Part shown: piece by piece, positions 1 through 18,039 of the stretch
Position numbering within the stretch: the stretch's first letter is position 1
Layout of the letters: each line of letters starts with the position of its first letter
Assembly: GCA_964016885.1 (NCBI GenBank)
Contig: OZ024765.1
Location: forward strand, 20,584,001-20,648,000
Length of the DNA stretch: 64,000 bases
From: Eledone cirrhosa
Taxonomy: Eukaryota
Direction: 5' to 3'
Translations under genes and position numbers: made by a program
The notes under the pieces: model-generated
What the model was told of the DNA's origin: nothing
The model's database searches: none
The model's input: the letters and a program-made list of their open reading frames with translations, nothing else

Positions 1-73
1 ATCGACAGTAGTGTTTCAGAAGGGAAATAGATATGTCGGGGAAGGGAACAATATAGCTGCTGTTAGTGTATAT

Positions 74-1290
74 CATCATCATCCTCGTTTAACATCCACT
101 TTACACGCTAGCATGGGTTAGACGGGAGTTGTCCCACTTGAGGCAAGGTTGGTCAGGTGACCGTTTCTCTCTCATATAGGACTATCTGGCAGGTTTGCTA
201 CAACTGGATGCCCTTCCTAACACCAACCACATTTACAGTGTGGAACTGGGAACTTTTTACCGTGTTACCTACACTGCCACATTACAGCGGGGACTGTGTT
301 TTTTTCTCGTGAAACCTACACAATCTCGATCTCATTATCTCATTTATTTCAACTGGATGTTGTGGTACCAACTTTATAGAGAGGGTGTGGTGTTGGTGGG
401 AGTGGGAGGATAGGGTAGGGGTAGTGGATTGGGGTGTATATTTGGTTAAGAGGTGCCTACTGACTGTAGGTTTCGCAAGGCGGGTCTTCAAAATTACTGC
501 GTAGCGCCAAAGATCTCGGTCCAGTGACATTGTCTTAGAGAGGTGCAAGTGTGTAAGGTTGGAATTTATCAAATCATCTCAGGTAACTACCATAAATTTT
601 GATCGCCCTGCACTATTTTATACAGCTGTCGTCTTTCATGCGCATCACGTGACCATACCAACGTAGTCTTCTCTCAAGTAAACATCTGATCAGCATCTGA
701 TCCCTCTTATTCCTAATTTCTCACTTAGTTCATTTATGCTTTGCCGTTCACGTATATTACTATTACACATCCAACAGAGCATGCAAGCTTCGTTCCTCTC
801 CAGTCTGCGTATATCCTCTGCACGCAATGCCCCCGTCTCACTGCCATGTAGCATTGCTGTTCATATACAAGCATCATACAATCTGCCTTTCATTTTTAGA
901 GAGAGACCTTTAGCGGCCAATAGTGGTATAAGCTCTCTGAACTTTTTCCATCCCGTTCTGACTCTGGCTACTGTACTTTCAGAGCACCCTCCACCACTGC
1001 TGATTTTGTCACCCAGGTAACGGAAGGTATCCACTATTTCTATAGAGCCATCTAGGCAATAGAATGAGCTAGTATCCTGTGGATACTTGCTACCTATTGC
1101 ACCTGAGCACCGGCCACATATAAACTCTATGTTCTTAGATAATTTACCTGTGATCCCACTACATCTTTTATGTACCCATACTTTGCATTTGGGACATAAA
1201 ATGGAATTTCTGCCTACTCCTTTCCTACACACTGAGCATGGCCATTTCCCTGAGGGCACCTGTGCCCTATTTTCCTTTCTACAAACTATA
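74..1290 (-). mobile_element. RTE-type LINE 3' fragment (PHD-containing RT C-terminus, 3'UTR, (GAT)n tail)
   Basis: ORF 861-1259 reads WPCSVC..CPKC..H..C..CGRC..FRYLG. The downstream RRLRWYGHV region is frameshifted. The 3'UTR has the ggaagggcatcc motif and a (GAT)n tail, matching other copies in the window. Confidence 0.9.
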
Positions 1291-1324
1291 TAAAGTGGTA
1301 AGTAGGTGCCATGACAATATCTAG

Positions 1325-1790
1325 TCTATCTGCAACCCCACCACATCTCTTGTCCATCCATCCATAGATTGCATTGTGTGCACCTTATAGAATATCTGCC
1401 CATCCCTTTCTGACATATCAAACAAGGCCATTTCCCTGATGGTATCCCCCTCCAGCCCCCTTTCCTACTTATTAGGACTTGTATCTTTGCTAAGTTTACT
1501 TTTAGTCCTTTCCACTCTGGGTTCTTCCCTCCATGCTTCAAATCTTGTCTCTAACTCTCCTACAGATTCAGCTATGAGGTCTAGCTCATCAGTTTATAGG
1601 AGCCCCCTTGGAGTGCCAGTTTTAACCCCTTAGTGATGGCCTGAAGGTCTATGATAAAGAGGAGGGCACTGCTGACAGCCCTGGTGGACTCCCATCACTG
1701 TACTTGATTCCAACTCTCACCCTGCTGGTTGCTCCTTTATATATGGCCGGCACCGCCTTCACAAGACATTCCTGTATAGCTAGCTTCCTG
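1325..1790 (-). mobile_element. Older, degenerate RTE-type RT fragment
   Basis: ORF 1326-1541 GLKVNLAKIQVL..GKWPCLIC; decayed QG..LLFII and YxDxL-like segments upstream. Confidence 0.7.
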
Positions 1791-1796
1791 GGGATA

Positions 1797-2075
1797 GAGG
1801 GAGAGAGAGAGGGAGAGAGAGAGGGAGAGAGAGAGGGAGAGAGAGAGGAACTAGATGGAGAGAGAGAGAGGAACTAGATGGAGAGAGAGAGAGAGAGAGG
1901 AACTAGATGGAGAGAGAGAGAGAGAGAGAAACTAGATGGAGAGAGAGAGAGGAACTAGAGGGAGAGAGAGAGGGAGAGAGAGGAACTAGATGGAGAGAGA
2001 GAGAGAGAGAGGAACTAGATGGAGAGAGAGAGAGAGAGAGAGGAACTAGATGGAGAGAGAGAGAGAGAGAAACTA

Positions 2076-2115
<40 letters not shown>

Positions 2116-2347
2116 CTAGATGGAGAGAGAGAGGGGGGAACTAGATGGAGAGAGAGAGGGGGAACTAGATGGAGAGAGAGAGAGGAACTAGATGGAGAGA
2201 GAGAGAGAGAGGGGGAACTAGATGGAGAGAGAGAGGGGGAACTAGATGGAGAGAGAGAGAGGAACTAGATGGAGAGAGAGAGAGAGAGGGGGAACTAGAT
2301 GGAGAGAGAGAGAGGAACTAGATGGAGAGAGAGAGAGAGAGGAACTA

Positions 2348-2387
<40 letters not shown>

Positions 2388-2640
2388 CTAGATGGAGAGA
2401 GAGAGGGGGGAACTAGATGGAGAGAGAGAGGGGGAACTAGATGGAGAGAGAGAGAGGAACTAGATGGAGAGAGAGAGAGAGAGGAACTAGATGGAGAGAG
2501 AGAGAGAGAGAGAGAGAGGAACTAGATGGAGAGAGAGAGGGGGGAGAGAGAGAGGAACTAGATGGAGAGAGAGAGAGGAACTAGATGGAGAGAGAGAGAG
2601 GAACTAGATGGAGAGAGTGAGAGAGAGAGAGGGAACTAGC

Positions 2641-2676
<36 letters not shown>

Positions 2677-2720
2677 GAGAGAGAGAGAGAGGAAGAGAGA
2701 GAGAGAGAGAGAGAGAGAGT
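1797..2720. repeat. (GA)n compound minisatellite punctuated by GGAACTAGATGGA
   Basis: Dozens of ggaactagatg units separated by variable (ga)n. Confidence 0.95.
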
Positions 2721-3547
2721 GGGATGTAGATATATAGGAAGAAGAGGATGATTAAATGGTGGTAGGAAGAGGCAAACGAAGAAAGATGATAAATAGTAAG
2801 AGAGGGGGAAGAGGGAGTAAAGAAAAAGAGGCGATAGATTCATAAACAAGAGAGGGGGGGTAAAGGAAGGGGAGGTAATAGATTTGTAAGAGAGGGGGAG
2901 AAAGAGAAGGGAAGGGGACAGATTAGTAATAGAGACAAAGAGAGAAAGAGAGGGGAGGTGATATATTAGTAAAAGAGAAGGGGAAAGAGAAAAAGGAAGG
3001 GGAGGCGATACAGTAGTAACAGAGAGAGAGGGGGAAAGGGGACGGGACAGTTTAGTAAGAGAAAGAGAGAGAGGGGGAAAGGGTAGTAGTAGAAGGAGGG
3101 TGTGGTTCCGTTAATTGAAAACAAAGCAATGTTTCGTTTTATATTCAAACATTGTTGTACAATATATATTCACTACACTACACTACTGTGATATATACAC
3201 GCATGTATACATACATATATACACATATATATACATGTTATGGGGACATGATGGTGTAAACATGTTTTCAGTTTGAAAACACCGCTACAATATATATATA
3301 TCTATATATATGTGTGTGTATATATATGTATGTGTGTATATATTAAGAATAGAGGGATGCACAGGATTTATACAACGGAAAAAACGGTTAGTCCCATCTC
3401 TGTATATAAACGTGTGCATGTATATACATACAATCATATATATATTTTTTTTCTAGCGATCGACTTTCGTCAAATCGGACCGAGGAAACAATGTTTCCGT
3501 TGGTCTTTCCAGTTGCTAATACTATCTATCGGTCGCAACTCCAGGTA

Positions 3548-3669
3548 GAAGGAGCAACGTGAAATAAAGTGTCTTGCTCAAGGACATAACGCATCGCCTG
3601 GTCCAGGAATCGAACTCACAACTTCACGATTGCGAATCCAATTCTCTAACCACTCAGCCACACGCCTTC
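3548..3669 (-). mobile_element. Diverged tRNA-derived SINE (family B) head
   Basis: Minus strand: tggctgagtgg A box, gttcgattc B box, ccttgagcaagacacttt core. Confidence 0.75.
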
Positions 3670-3751
3670 ACATATATATATATATATATATAGTAATAAT
3701 ATATATATATATATACTAATAATATATAGTATATATAATATATATATATAG

Positions 3752-3798
<47 letters not shown>

Positions 3799-3899
3799 AC
3801 CATCGTGGGTTCGGATCTTGTTTGCATGTGCTTGCATTCGTGGGTAACATCGGTGATAATGTACTCACTCTCTCTCTCTCTCTTTATTTATATATATAT

Positions 3900-4663
<764 letters not shown>

Positions 4664-4685
4664 AGAGAGAGAGAGAGAGAGAGAG

Positions 4686-4915
4686 AGATTAGTTTTGCGA
4701 GATATTTGATATGAAATCGTGTGTCGAAACAAATATTGTTATACAGTGAGTGAGTTCTGTTATTAATTCTGGCAATATTATTACACAAATATGACCCTCC
4801 CCAAGTATAACAATATATATAGATAGATAGAATTAATAACAGAACTCACTCACTGTATAACAATATTTGTTTCGACACACGATTTCATATCAAAAATCTC
4901 GCAAAACTAATTTCT
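4686..4915. repeat. Inverted repeat of a short non-coding element
   Basis: 4686-4769 is the reverse complement of 4830-4915; related copy at about 61555-61660. Confidence 0.85.
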
Positions 4916-4937
4916 CTCTCTCTCTCTCTCTCTCTCT

Positions 4938-5140
4938 CTGATCAGAGCAAACAACACGGACACTCTATCTCAAAATTATTTTTGAAAAGCATTTAGAAAT
5001 GCGCAACCGGTAAAAACTTAAAAACTTAAAACCACAACTGAATACTAACCCATACAATCACTAATACTCTTTTATTCCTAATTAAACCATTTTTTAACTG
5101 TGAACAACTTGTCAGCATTTTCTATTCCGTTTACCAATAT
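4938..5140 (+). mobile_element. 3' terminal fragment of the GIY-YIG PLE family
   Basis: Near-identical to 16030-16205 and 45225-45410. Confidence 0.85.
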
Positions 5141-5464
5141 ATAATAACTTGTGTGTTACACCTCTATTCTTTTAACTAATATATATTAGAGAGAGAGAGA
5201 GAGAGAGTTTGGAAGAAACGATTGTCAGCAATTAAATGATTTGAAGACAACTTTGATAATTGTATAATTTATTTATTTTCCTGCTCTGTAAAACAACTGA
5301 TGTTCATACATTGAGCTATTTCTCTTACTGGTAATAAGGTAATTAAGAAATTACTGACCTTCCTGTTTATAGTTGTTTATACTATATACATAACTATAAA
5401 TAGTATTATTATATATATATATATATACTAAGAGTGGGAAATGAAATTTTGTTTCATTTTTTCC

Positions 5465-5498
<34 letters not shown>

Positions 5499-5561
5499 GG
5501 AAAAAAATGAAACAAAATAACTGCATTGCTTTATTGTACTACAATAAAACTCACCTCCTAC

Positions 5562-5597
<36 letters not shown>

Positions 5598-6010
5598 AAC
5601 GAATTAGCCGTCGAAACGGCTTGAGCTCAGCCGTCGGGGTCCTACTCGTTCCTATTACCCACTCTACTACCCTAAATATTGAGTACTTTGGTGCGTTATG
5701 GTCCACCTGGTTCCTTACCACATTTCCTTCGTTATATATATATATATATATATAAATGGAATAGAATGAAACGAAATTTCATTTCTCACTCTTTGTACGG
5801 CACTTACTTAAATGTATGTATGTATACGTACATACATACATCTATATATATATATATATATACTACTGTACGTCTGTATACATATATGTATGTACGTATA
5901 CATACATATATATATATATAGTATAGGAATAACATTAAAAAAGATGCTGTACTGATGTTACTTAAATCATATAACTGGATCTTGATTGAAATGTTTTCAT
6001 TTTGAAACCG

Positions 6011-6062
<52 letters not shown>

Positions 6063-6065
<3 letters not shown>

Positions 6066-6342
6066 AATGAGAGGTATAGAGATTGTTTTAGCGAGAAGCT
6101 AACAGCATTCTATAACATATATGCGACTATAACGTCAAGATGGGAAAAGTAGTTAACGTAAGATTTAGGAAAAATAATTCAAACTCATCTCAATAGAGAA
6201 TCAGGATACAAATTCATCCACAGAATTTAGTGAAATCCAGGGAAAAATCAATAGACCTTTAACTCATGATAAAATAAAGTTTGAAACACTTATCCTTCAA
6301 TTTGGAATAACATCAAATGCTCTGTATAGTCTTAAAAGACTA
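6063..6342 (-). mobile_element. Truncated copy of the HHR-bearing element at 35441-36092
   Basis: Clear similarity to 35441-35720; ends inside HHR stem III; flanked by (TA)n. Confidence 0.8.
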
Positions 6343-6361
6343 TATATATATATATATATAT

Positions 6362-6398
<37 letters not shown>

Positions 6399-6816
6399 TA
6401 TTGAAGTTTGCTTGAAGCATTGTGGAATAATAAGGTAAATTTCTTTAAGTCGTTTGGAAGCCTCGACAATGCAAATGGGTAAATCTGCGGGTAACAAGAT
6501 CCGGTGGTGGAGAGAGAGATGTAAGTGGGTGTACGTTGAGATGCGTGGCATGTATAAGATGTGTGAGACGTGTAGAGGAATGAAGGAAAGAGTATAAAGG
6601 ATAAAATAAAAATAACAACACGAGAGAGAGTTACCTTGGGAGAGATTTAATTGTCCCTATATATTTCGGATTAACATCCATCAACTGGGGGTTTTTTCGG
6701 GGGTGGGGGAAGGTTGTCTGTCGGAAAGGAGCGAAACGCGTCCTCTGCTGTTCGTTGTTTTATATCAGTTATAAAAATATTTGCTTGTTGTATCCCAACA
6801 ATTTAAATAGAACTTT

Positions 6817-6858
<42 letters not shown>

Positions 6859-7185
6859 AAAGTTCTATTTAAATTGTTGGGATATAACAAGCAAATATTT
6901 TTATAACTGATATATACAAGTATTTGGAGTAAACATACGATATTAACAAATGGAAATAATATTTATAAAACCACATTTATTTCATTATACATATTTCAAA
7001 GACACCAAGTCAAATTATGGTGTGCTTTCATCAGACAAAATATAATATAGATCAGTTTTATAAATAAATATTGACATACCCTGAAAGAATGCAACCATTT
7101 CTGTTGGAAGCTCCCAGATAGCTCTCTCTCTCTCTCTCTATATATATATAGTGAAAAATGGAACGGGAACAAAACAGAGAGGCAG

Positions 7186-7221
<36 letters not shown>

Positions 7222-7223
7222 CA

Positions 7224-7880
7224 GAGTGTCCCGAAAAATGTATACACACAACATTCTAATACGTATTGCCTGTACAGTTCATCAAAGTATGTATACATTT
7301 TGGGGGGACACTATATCTAGTGTGTGTCCCGAAAAAATGTATGCACACTTCGACAGCATTCTTATAAATATTGCCTGTACAGTTAATCAAAGTATGTATA
7401 CATTTTTGGGGGACACCATATATATATATATCTAGTGTGTGTCCCGAAAAAATGTATGCACACTTTGACAGCATTCTTATAAATATTGCCTGTACAGTTA
7501 ATCAAAGTATGTATACATTTTTGGGGGACACCATATATATATATATCTAGTGTGTGTCCCGAAAAAATGTATGCACACTTTGACAGCATTCTTATAAATA
7601 TTGTCTGTACAGTTAATCAAAGTATGTATACATTTTTGGGGGACACCATATATATATATATATATCTAGTGTGTGTCCCGAAAAAATGTATGCACACTTT
7701 GACAGCATTCTTATAAATATTGTCTGTACAGTTAATCAAAGTATGTATACATTTTTGGGGGACACCATATATATATATCTAGTGTGTGTCCCGAAAAAAT
7801 GTATGCACACTTTGACAGCATTCTTATAAATATTGCCTGTACAGTTCATCAAAGTATGTATACATTTTTGGGGGACACCA
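7224..7880. mobile_element. Tandem array of six ~95-bp Tc1/mariner-like MITEs separated by (TA)n
   Basis: Each unit has TIRs gtgtcccgaaaaaatgtatgcacactttga / tcaaagtatgtatacatttttgggggacac; period about 115 bp; single copy at 58457-58556. Confidence 0.8.
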
Positions 7881-8019
7881 TATATATATATATAACATTT
7901 AGAAGTATGGACGAAGTTTTCATTAAGTTTATTCAGGTGTGACGTGCGTTTCGCGATTGATCAGCTCAAGGTTCTATCCGGATCGATCTGGTCCGTCTCT
8001 GGAATATATATGTATACAT

Positions 8020-8203
8020 GGAGGCACATGGCTTAGTGGTTAGAGCATTAGCCTTGCAATCGAAAGGTTGTGAGTTCAATTCTCAGACCAGGTGATGTGT
8101 TGTTTCCTTGAGCAAGACACTTTATTTCACATTGCTCCAGTTTACTCAGCTGTAGAAATGAGATGATAGGGACTGGGGTCCCTATCATTCCACTGCAAAG
8201 TGG
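8020..8203 (+). mobile_element. tRNA-derived SINE family B (3' truncated)
   Basis: A box tggcttagtgg, B box gttcaattc, CORE-like ccttgagcaagacacttt. Confidence 0.85.
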
Positions 8204-8519
8204 GGGTTTTCCCACTTGAGGCAAGAGTGATTGTCTTGCTCGCATAGGACTGTCTGGCAGGTTTTCTACAGCTAGAAGCCCTTCCTAACACCAACCACAT
8301 TTACAGTGTGGGTCTGGGAGGTTTTTACCGTGTTGCCTACACGGCCACATTACAGCGTGGACTGTGTGTTTTTTTGTCGTGACACCTACACGACCTCATT
8401 TGTTTCGGCCTGGATGTTGTGGCACCAACATAACTTTACATTGAAAGGGGCGGTGTGGATGGGGTGGGGGTGGTGTATTTTGATAGAGATGCCTACTGAC
8501 TGTAGTAGGTTTTACTTTG

Positions 8520-8520
<1 letters not shown>
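8204..8520 (-). mobile_element. RTE-type LINE 3'UTR fragment
   Basis: Matches the reverse complement of 19020-19325. Confidence 0.85.
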
Positions 8521-8581
<61 letters not shown>

Positions 8582-8843
8582 CATATACAACAAAAACATA
8601 TATATACACACCCACATGTATATATACACACACATATATATATATATATAAAGTGCTGACGCCCCAGTTTTCATGCACCAGATATTATATATATGTATAT
8701 ATACACACACACATCAGTACAACCATATATACACACGTAATAGAATTTCTCTATCATTTATTCTTCATTTGGTTTGCTTCCATTTTCCTTCCTTCAGATC
8801 TACACACTGGATTGTCTCGCGTAAGTCACTTTCACTCCTAACA

Positions 8844-10135
<1,292 letters not shown>

Positions 10136-10281
10136 CAAAGGAAATGTGGTAAGGAACCAAGTGGACCATAACGCACCAAAGTACTCAATACTTAGGGTAG
10201 TAGAGTGGGTAATTCTGGACTCTGAGTCCAGAATTAGCTGTCGAAACGGCTTGAGCTCAGCCGTCGGGGGTCCTACTTGTT

Positions 10282-10337
<56 letters not shown>

Positions 10338-10501
10338 AAGTAATTCCAAAGAAAAAGCCAAGGAAAAAAGAGTGCTCTATATATAAAACAGAGCTATTTA
10401 ATTAGAAAGTGAACAACACAAAATATAGCTATTCCATTACCAATGGTTTCTGGATCCCAGACAATATTAATATATGTCTGGTTTGGTCGTCAGATAACAT
10501 C

Positions 10502-10567
10502 TCTGTCTGACGACCAATCCAGACATATATTAATATTGTCTGGCATCCAGAAACCATTGGTAATGGA
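10502..10567 (+). ncRNA. Type I hammerhead-like motif (mirror copy at about 10430-10495, - strand)
   Basis: tctgt-CTGACGA-[ccagaca/tgtctgg hairpin, base of stem II unpaired]-GAAA-ccattgg-TA-atgga. Confidence 0.55.
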
Positions 10568-10616
10568 GTAGCTATATTTTGTGTTGTTCACTTTCTTATA
10601 TATATATATATATATA

Positions 10617-10666
<50 letters not shown>

Positions 10667-10722
10667 TGTATATATATATATATGCTGTATATATATATAT
10701 ATGCTGTATATATATATATATG

Positions 10723-10758
<36 letters not shown>

Positions 10759-11350
10759 TGTATATAGTAATAATAATAAATTTGAAGACTAAAATCCAAA
10801 GAGGGCTCGATAAGGATAAATATATATCAAATATATAAGAACCGTAGAGCAAATATTTATTAAAATAACAGATTAAAGTTTAAGCAAAGAATCGCTGCTT
10901 TCACCCTTAACGGGATCTTCTGAAACTAACAAAGTCAATCTGTAAACGCAGAAGTGGATATTTCAAAAAAACGTTGCAACCTGAGGAAGACAGGAAGACG
11001 ATACTTTGGTTCGTGGTAACGTTCCCTGGCAAAGAACGGGAAAAAACGAATAAGATACGTCATTAATAGGAGCGGTGAAAAACAATTACGCGCAAAGACA
11101 GAACCACGTTTATGGTATAAAAGAGGTCGTAGACTAATGTTCTCTTAGGTGGTGCATAGAGACGTTCCCTGGCAAAGAACAGGAAAAAACAAATATAATA
11201 TGTCATTAATAGAAGCGGTGAAAAACAATATTTTTTTCCCCGTTCTTTGCCAGGGAACGTTACCACGAACCAAAGTATCGTCTTCCTGTCTTCCTCCGGT
11301 TGCAACGTTTTTTTAAATATCCACTTCTGCGTTTACAGATTGACTTTGTT

Positions 11351-11401
11351 AGTTTCAGAAGATCCCGTTAAGGGTGAAAGCAGCGATTCTTTGCTTAAAC
11401 T
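11351..11401 (+). ncRNA. Type I hammerhead with CAGAAGA core variant (copies 10877-10927 -, 37896-37946 -, 54396-54446 +, 61287-61337 -)
   Basis: agttt-CAGAAGA-tccc gttaa gggt-GAAA-gca gcgattctt tgc-TT-aaact; stems I, II and III all pair. Confidence 0.7.
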
Positions 11402-11424
11402 TTAATCTGTTATTTTAATAAATA

Positions 11425-12860
<1,436 letters not shown>

Positions 12861-13148
12861 CCCAAGTGGGTGTTTGAATTACTATTGCACTTTAAGATTT
12901 GAAGCTCTCACATCTGAAGCACTCAATACGTCTAGACAGTGTCAAATGTATTCCCCACAAAATGTCAGACTTCCACTAAGTCACCTCTAATCACTGTCCC
13001 CATTAAATCTGGCTGTCGTGATGGGACTTCGAAGTTCCTCACACTTCCCTACTTGGAAAATATATTTCTACACATTTCTCCCTGGTATTGAGTACTTGGT
13101 TAGTTAATATTTGAAGGTTTCAGATAATTTCATACATACACTTAAACA

Positions 13149-14375
<1,227 letters not shown>

Positions 14376-14406
14376 AAAGAATAGAGGTGTAACACACAAG
14401 TTATTA

Positions 14407-16318
<1,912 letters not shown>

Positions 16319-16454
16319 CACCCAGAGGTATCCACTGTAAGTTGTGGGGTCTATTCTGTATGAAGAACTCAATGTAATCCATATGTTGAAAGTGTTGTAG
16401 GTTAAGATAAATCTCAGAAAACAATAAAACATTAAAAGGAAAACAGAGACATGA

Positions 16455-16791
16455 TATAAGTTAAAACAATGAAATAAAAAATCAAGTCATAAGAGATATA
16501 CTTCACTGCTTTACGATCGTTTCTAGGTGATAATACATCGTATCTATACTCAGTTATTGATCTATGTAAGTTCACAAACTATCAGATAAAGAGAATATTT
16601 ACTTACATGCATATCACCAGAAAACAGCTGGTGATATGCATGTAAGTAGATATTCTCTTTATCTGATAGTTTGTAAACTTACATAGATCAATAACTGAGT
16701 ATAGATACGATGTATTATCACCTAGAAACGATCGTAAAGCAGTGAAGTATATCTCTTATGACTTGATTTTTTATTTCATTGTTTTAACTTA

Positions 16792-16793
<2 letters not shown>
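16455..16793. repeat. Fold-back element, ~165-bp arms, with a degenerate HHR-like core
   Basis: Near-perfect palindrome centred near 16625; CTGGTGA ... ta-GAAA-cgatcg-TA. Confidence 0.8.
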
Positions 16794-16822
<29 letters not shown>

Positions 16823-17045
16823 ATATATATATATATATATTAATAAAAGGAATTCCAACTTTCTCTGATTTACTCGTTTTATTTACAATCCTTTCAAATG
16901 TATAATGGTATTATAATGAAATAGTATGGTAGAATATTAAATGTTAAATGTTAATTGAACAAGTACTTTCATGCTTTCGCAATCTTCAGGTTCATAATGT
17001 GTGGTGACACAGTTGTAAATTGCAAACTTGACTCACCACACATTA

Positions 17046-17084
17046 TGAACCTGAAGATTGCGAAAGCATGAAAGTACTTGTTCA
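17046..17084 (+). ncRNA. Minimal type I hammerhead (mirror 16956-16994 -, further copy 53210-53248 +)
   Basis: tgaac-CTGAAGA-ttgc gaaa gcat-GAAA-gtac-TT-gttca; palindromic stem III AGTACT; lies in inverted repeat 16841-17199. Confidence 0.78.
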
Positions 17085-17273
17085 ATTAATACTTAACATT
17101 TAATATTCTATCATACTATTTCATTATAATACCATTATACATTTTAAAGGATTGTAAATAAAACGAGTAAATCAGGCAAAGTTGGAATTCCTTTTATTAA
17201 TATAATCTTCTATACACAATCGTACACACCCGTGTATATTTATGTATGTGTATATATATATATATATATACAT

Positions 17274-17323
<50 letters not shown>

Positions 17324-17446
17324 GACCATATATCCAAGAGAATACACAATATATTGTATATATTCCATCTGGGGTATATATTTTTCTTTGAAATATGTGC
17401 TTTGTATATATACAATATATTGTGTATTCTCACAGATATATATATA

Positions 17447-17721
17447 TATGGGCCTCTCTCTCTATATATATATATATATGAGCCTCTCTCTCTCTCTATA
17501 TATATGAGCCTCTCTCTCTATATATATATATGAGCCTCTCTCTCTCTCTCTATCTATATATATGGGCCTCTCTCTCTCTCTCTCTATCTATATATATATA
17601 TATATATATGGGCCTCTCTCTCTCTATATATATATATATGAGCCACTCTCTCTATATATATATGGGCCTCTCTCTCTCTCTATATATATATATGAGCCTC
17701 TCTCTATATATATATATGGGC

Positions 17722-17753
<32 letters not shown>

Positions 17754-17785
17754 GAGTCTCTCTCTCTATCTATATATATATGGGC

Positions 17786-17816
<31 letters not shown>

Positions 17817-17913
17817 AGTCTCTCTCTCTCTCTATCTATATATATATGGGCCTCTCTCTCTCTATATATATATATATATATGGGCCTCTCTCTCTCTATA
17901 TATATATATGAGC

Positions 17914-17949
<36 letters not shown>

Positions 17950-18039
17950 GAGTCTCTCTCTCTCTCTATCTATATATATATGGGCCTCTCTCTCTCTATA
18001 TATATATATGGGCCTCTCTCTCTATATATATATATATAT
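17447..18039. repeat. Compound satellite (TA)nTG(A/G)GC(CT)n; continues at 19400-20095
   Basis: Same unit on both sides of the LINE insertion. Confidence 0.9.

Noticed and set aside
1578-1595. CTGATGA on the minus strand
   Set aside because: Part of the degenerate RT YADD-like coding segment; no GAAA or stems follow
6650-6750. Two HHR-like halves (gaaatatata on -, gaaacgcgtc on +)
   Set aside because: 5' cores are too degenerate; the halves at 4723, 5213 and 37540 likewise lack CUGANGA
7224-7880. CRISPR-like regular array (also 32300-32805 and 39906-40397)
   Set aside because: No unique spacers, no cas genes, eukaryotic context
8020-8095. tRNA gene
   Set aside because: Poor acceptor and anticodon stems; continues into the SINE core in multiple copies
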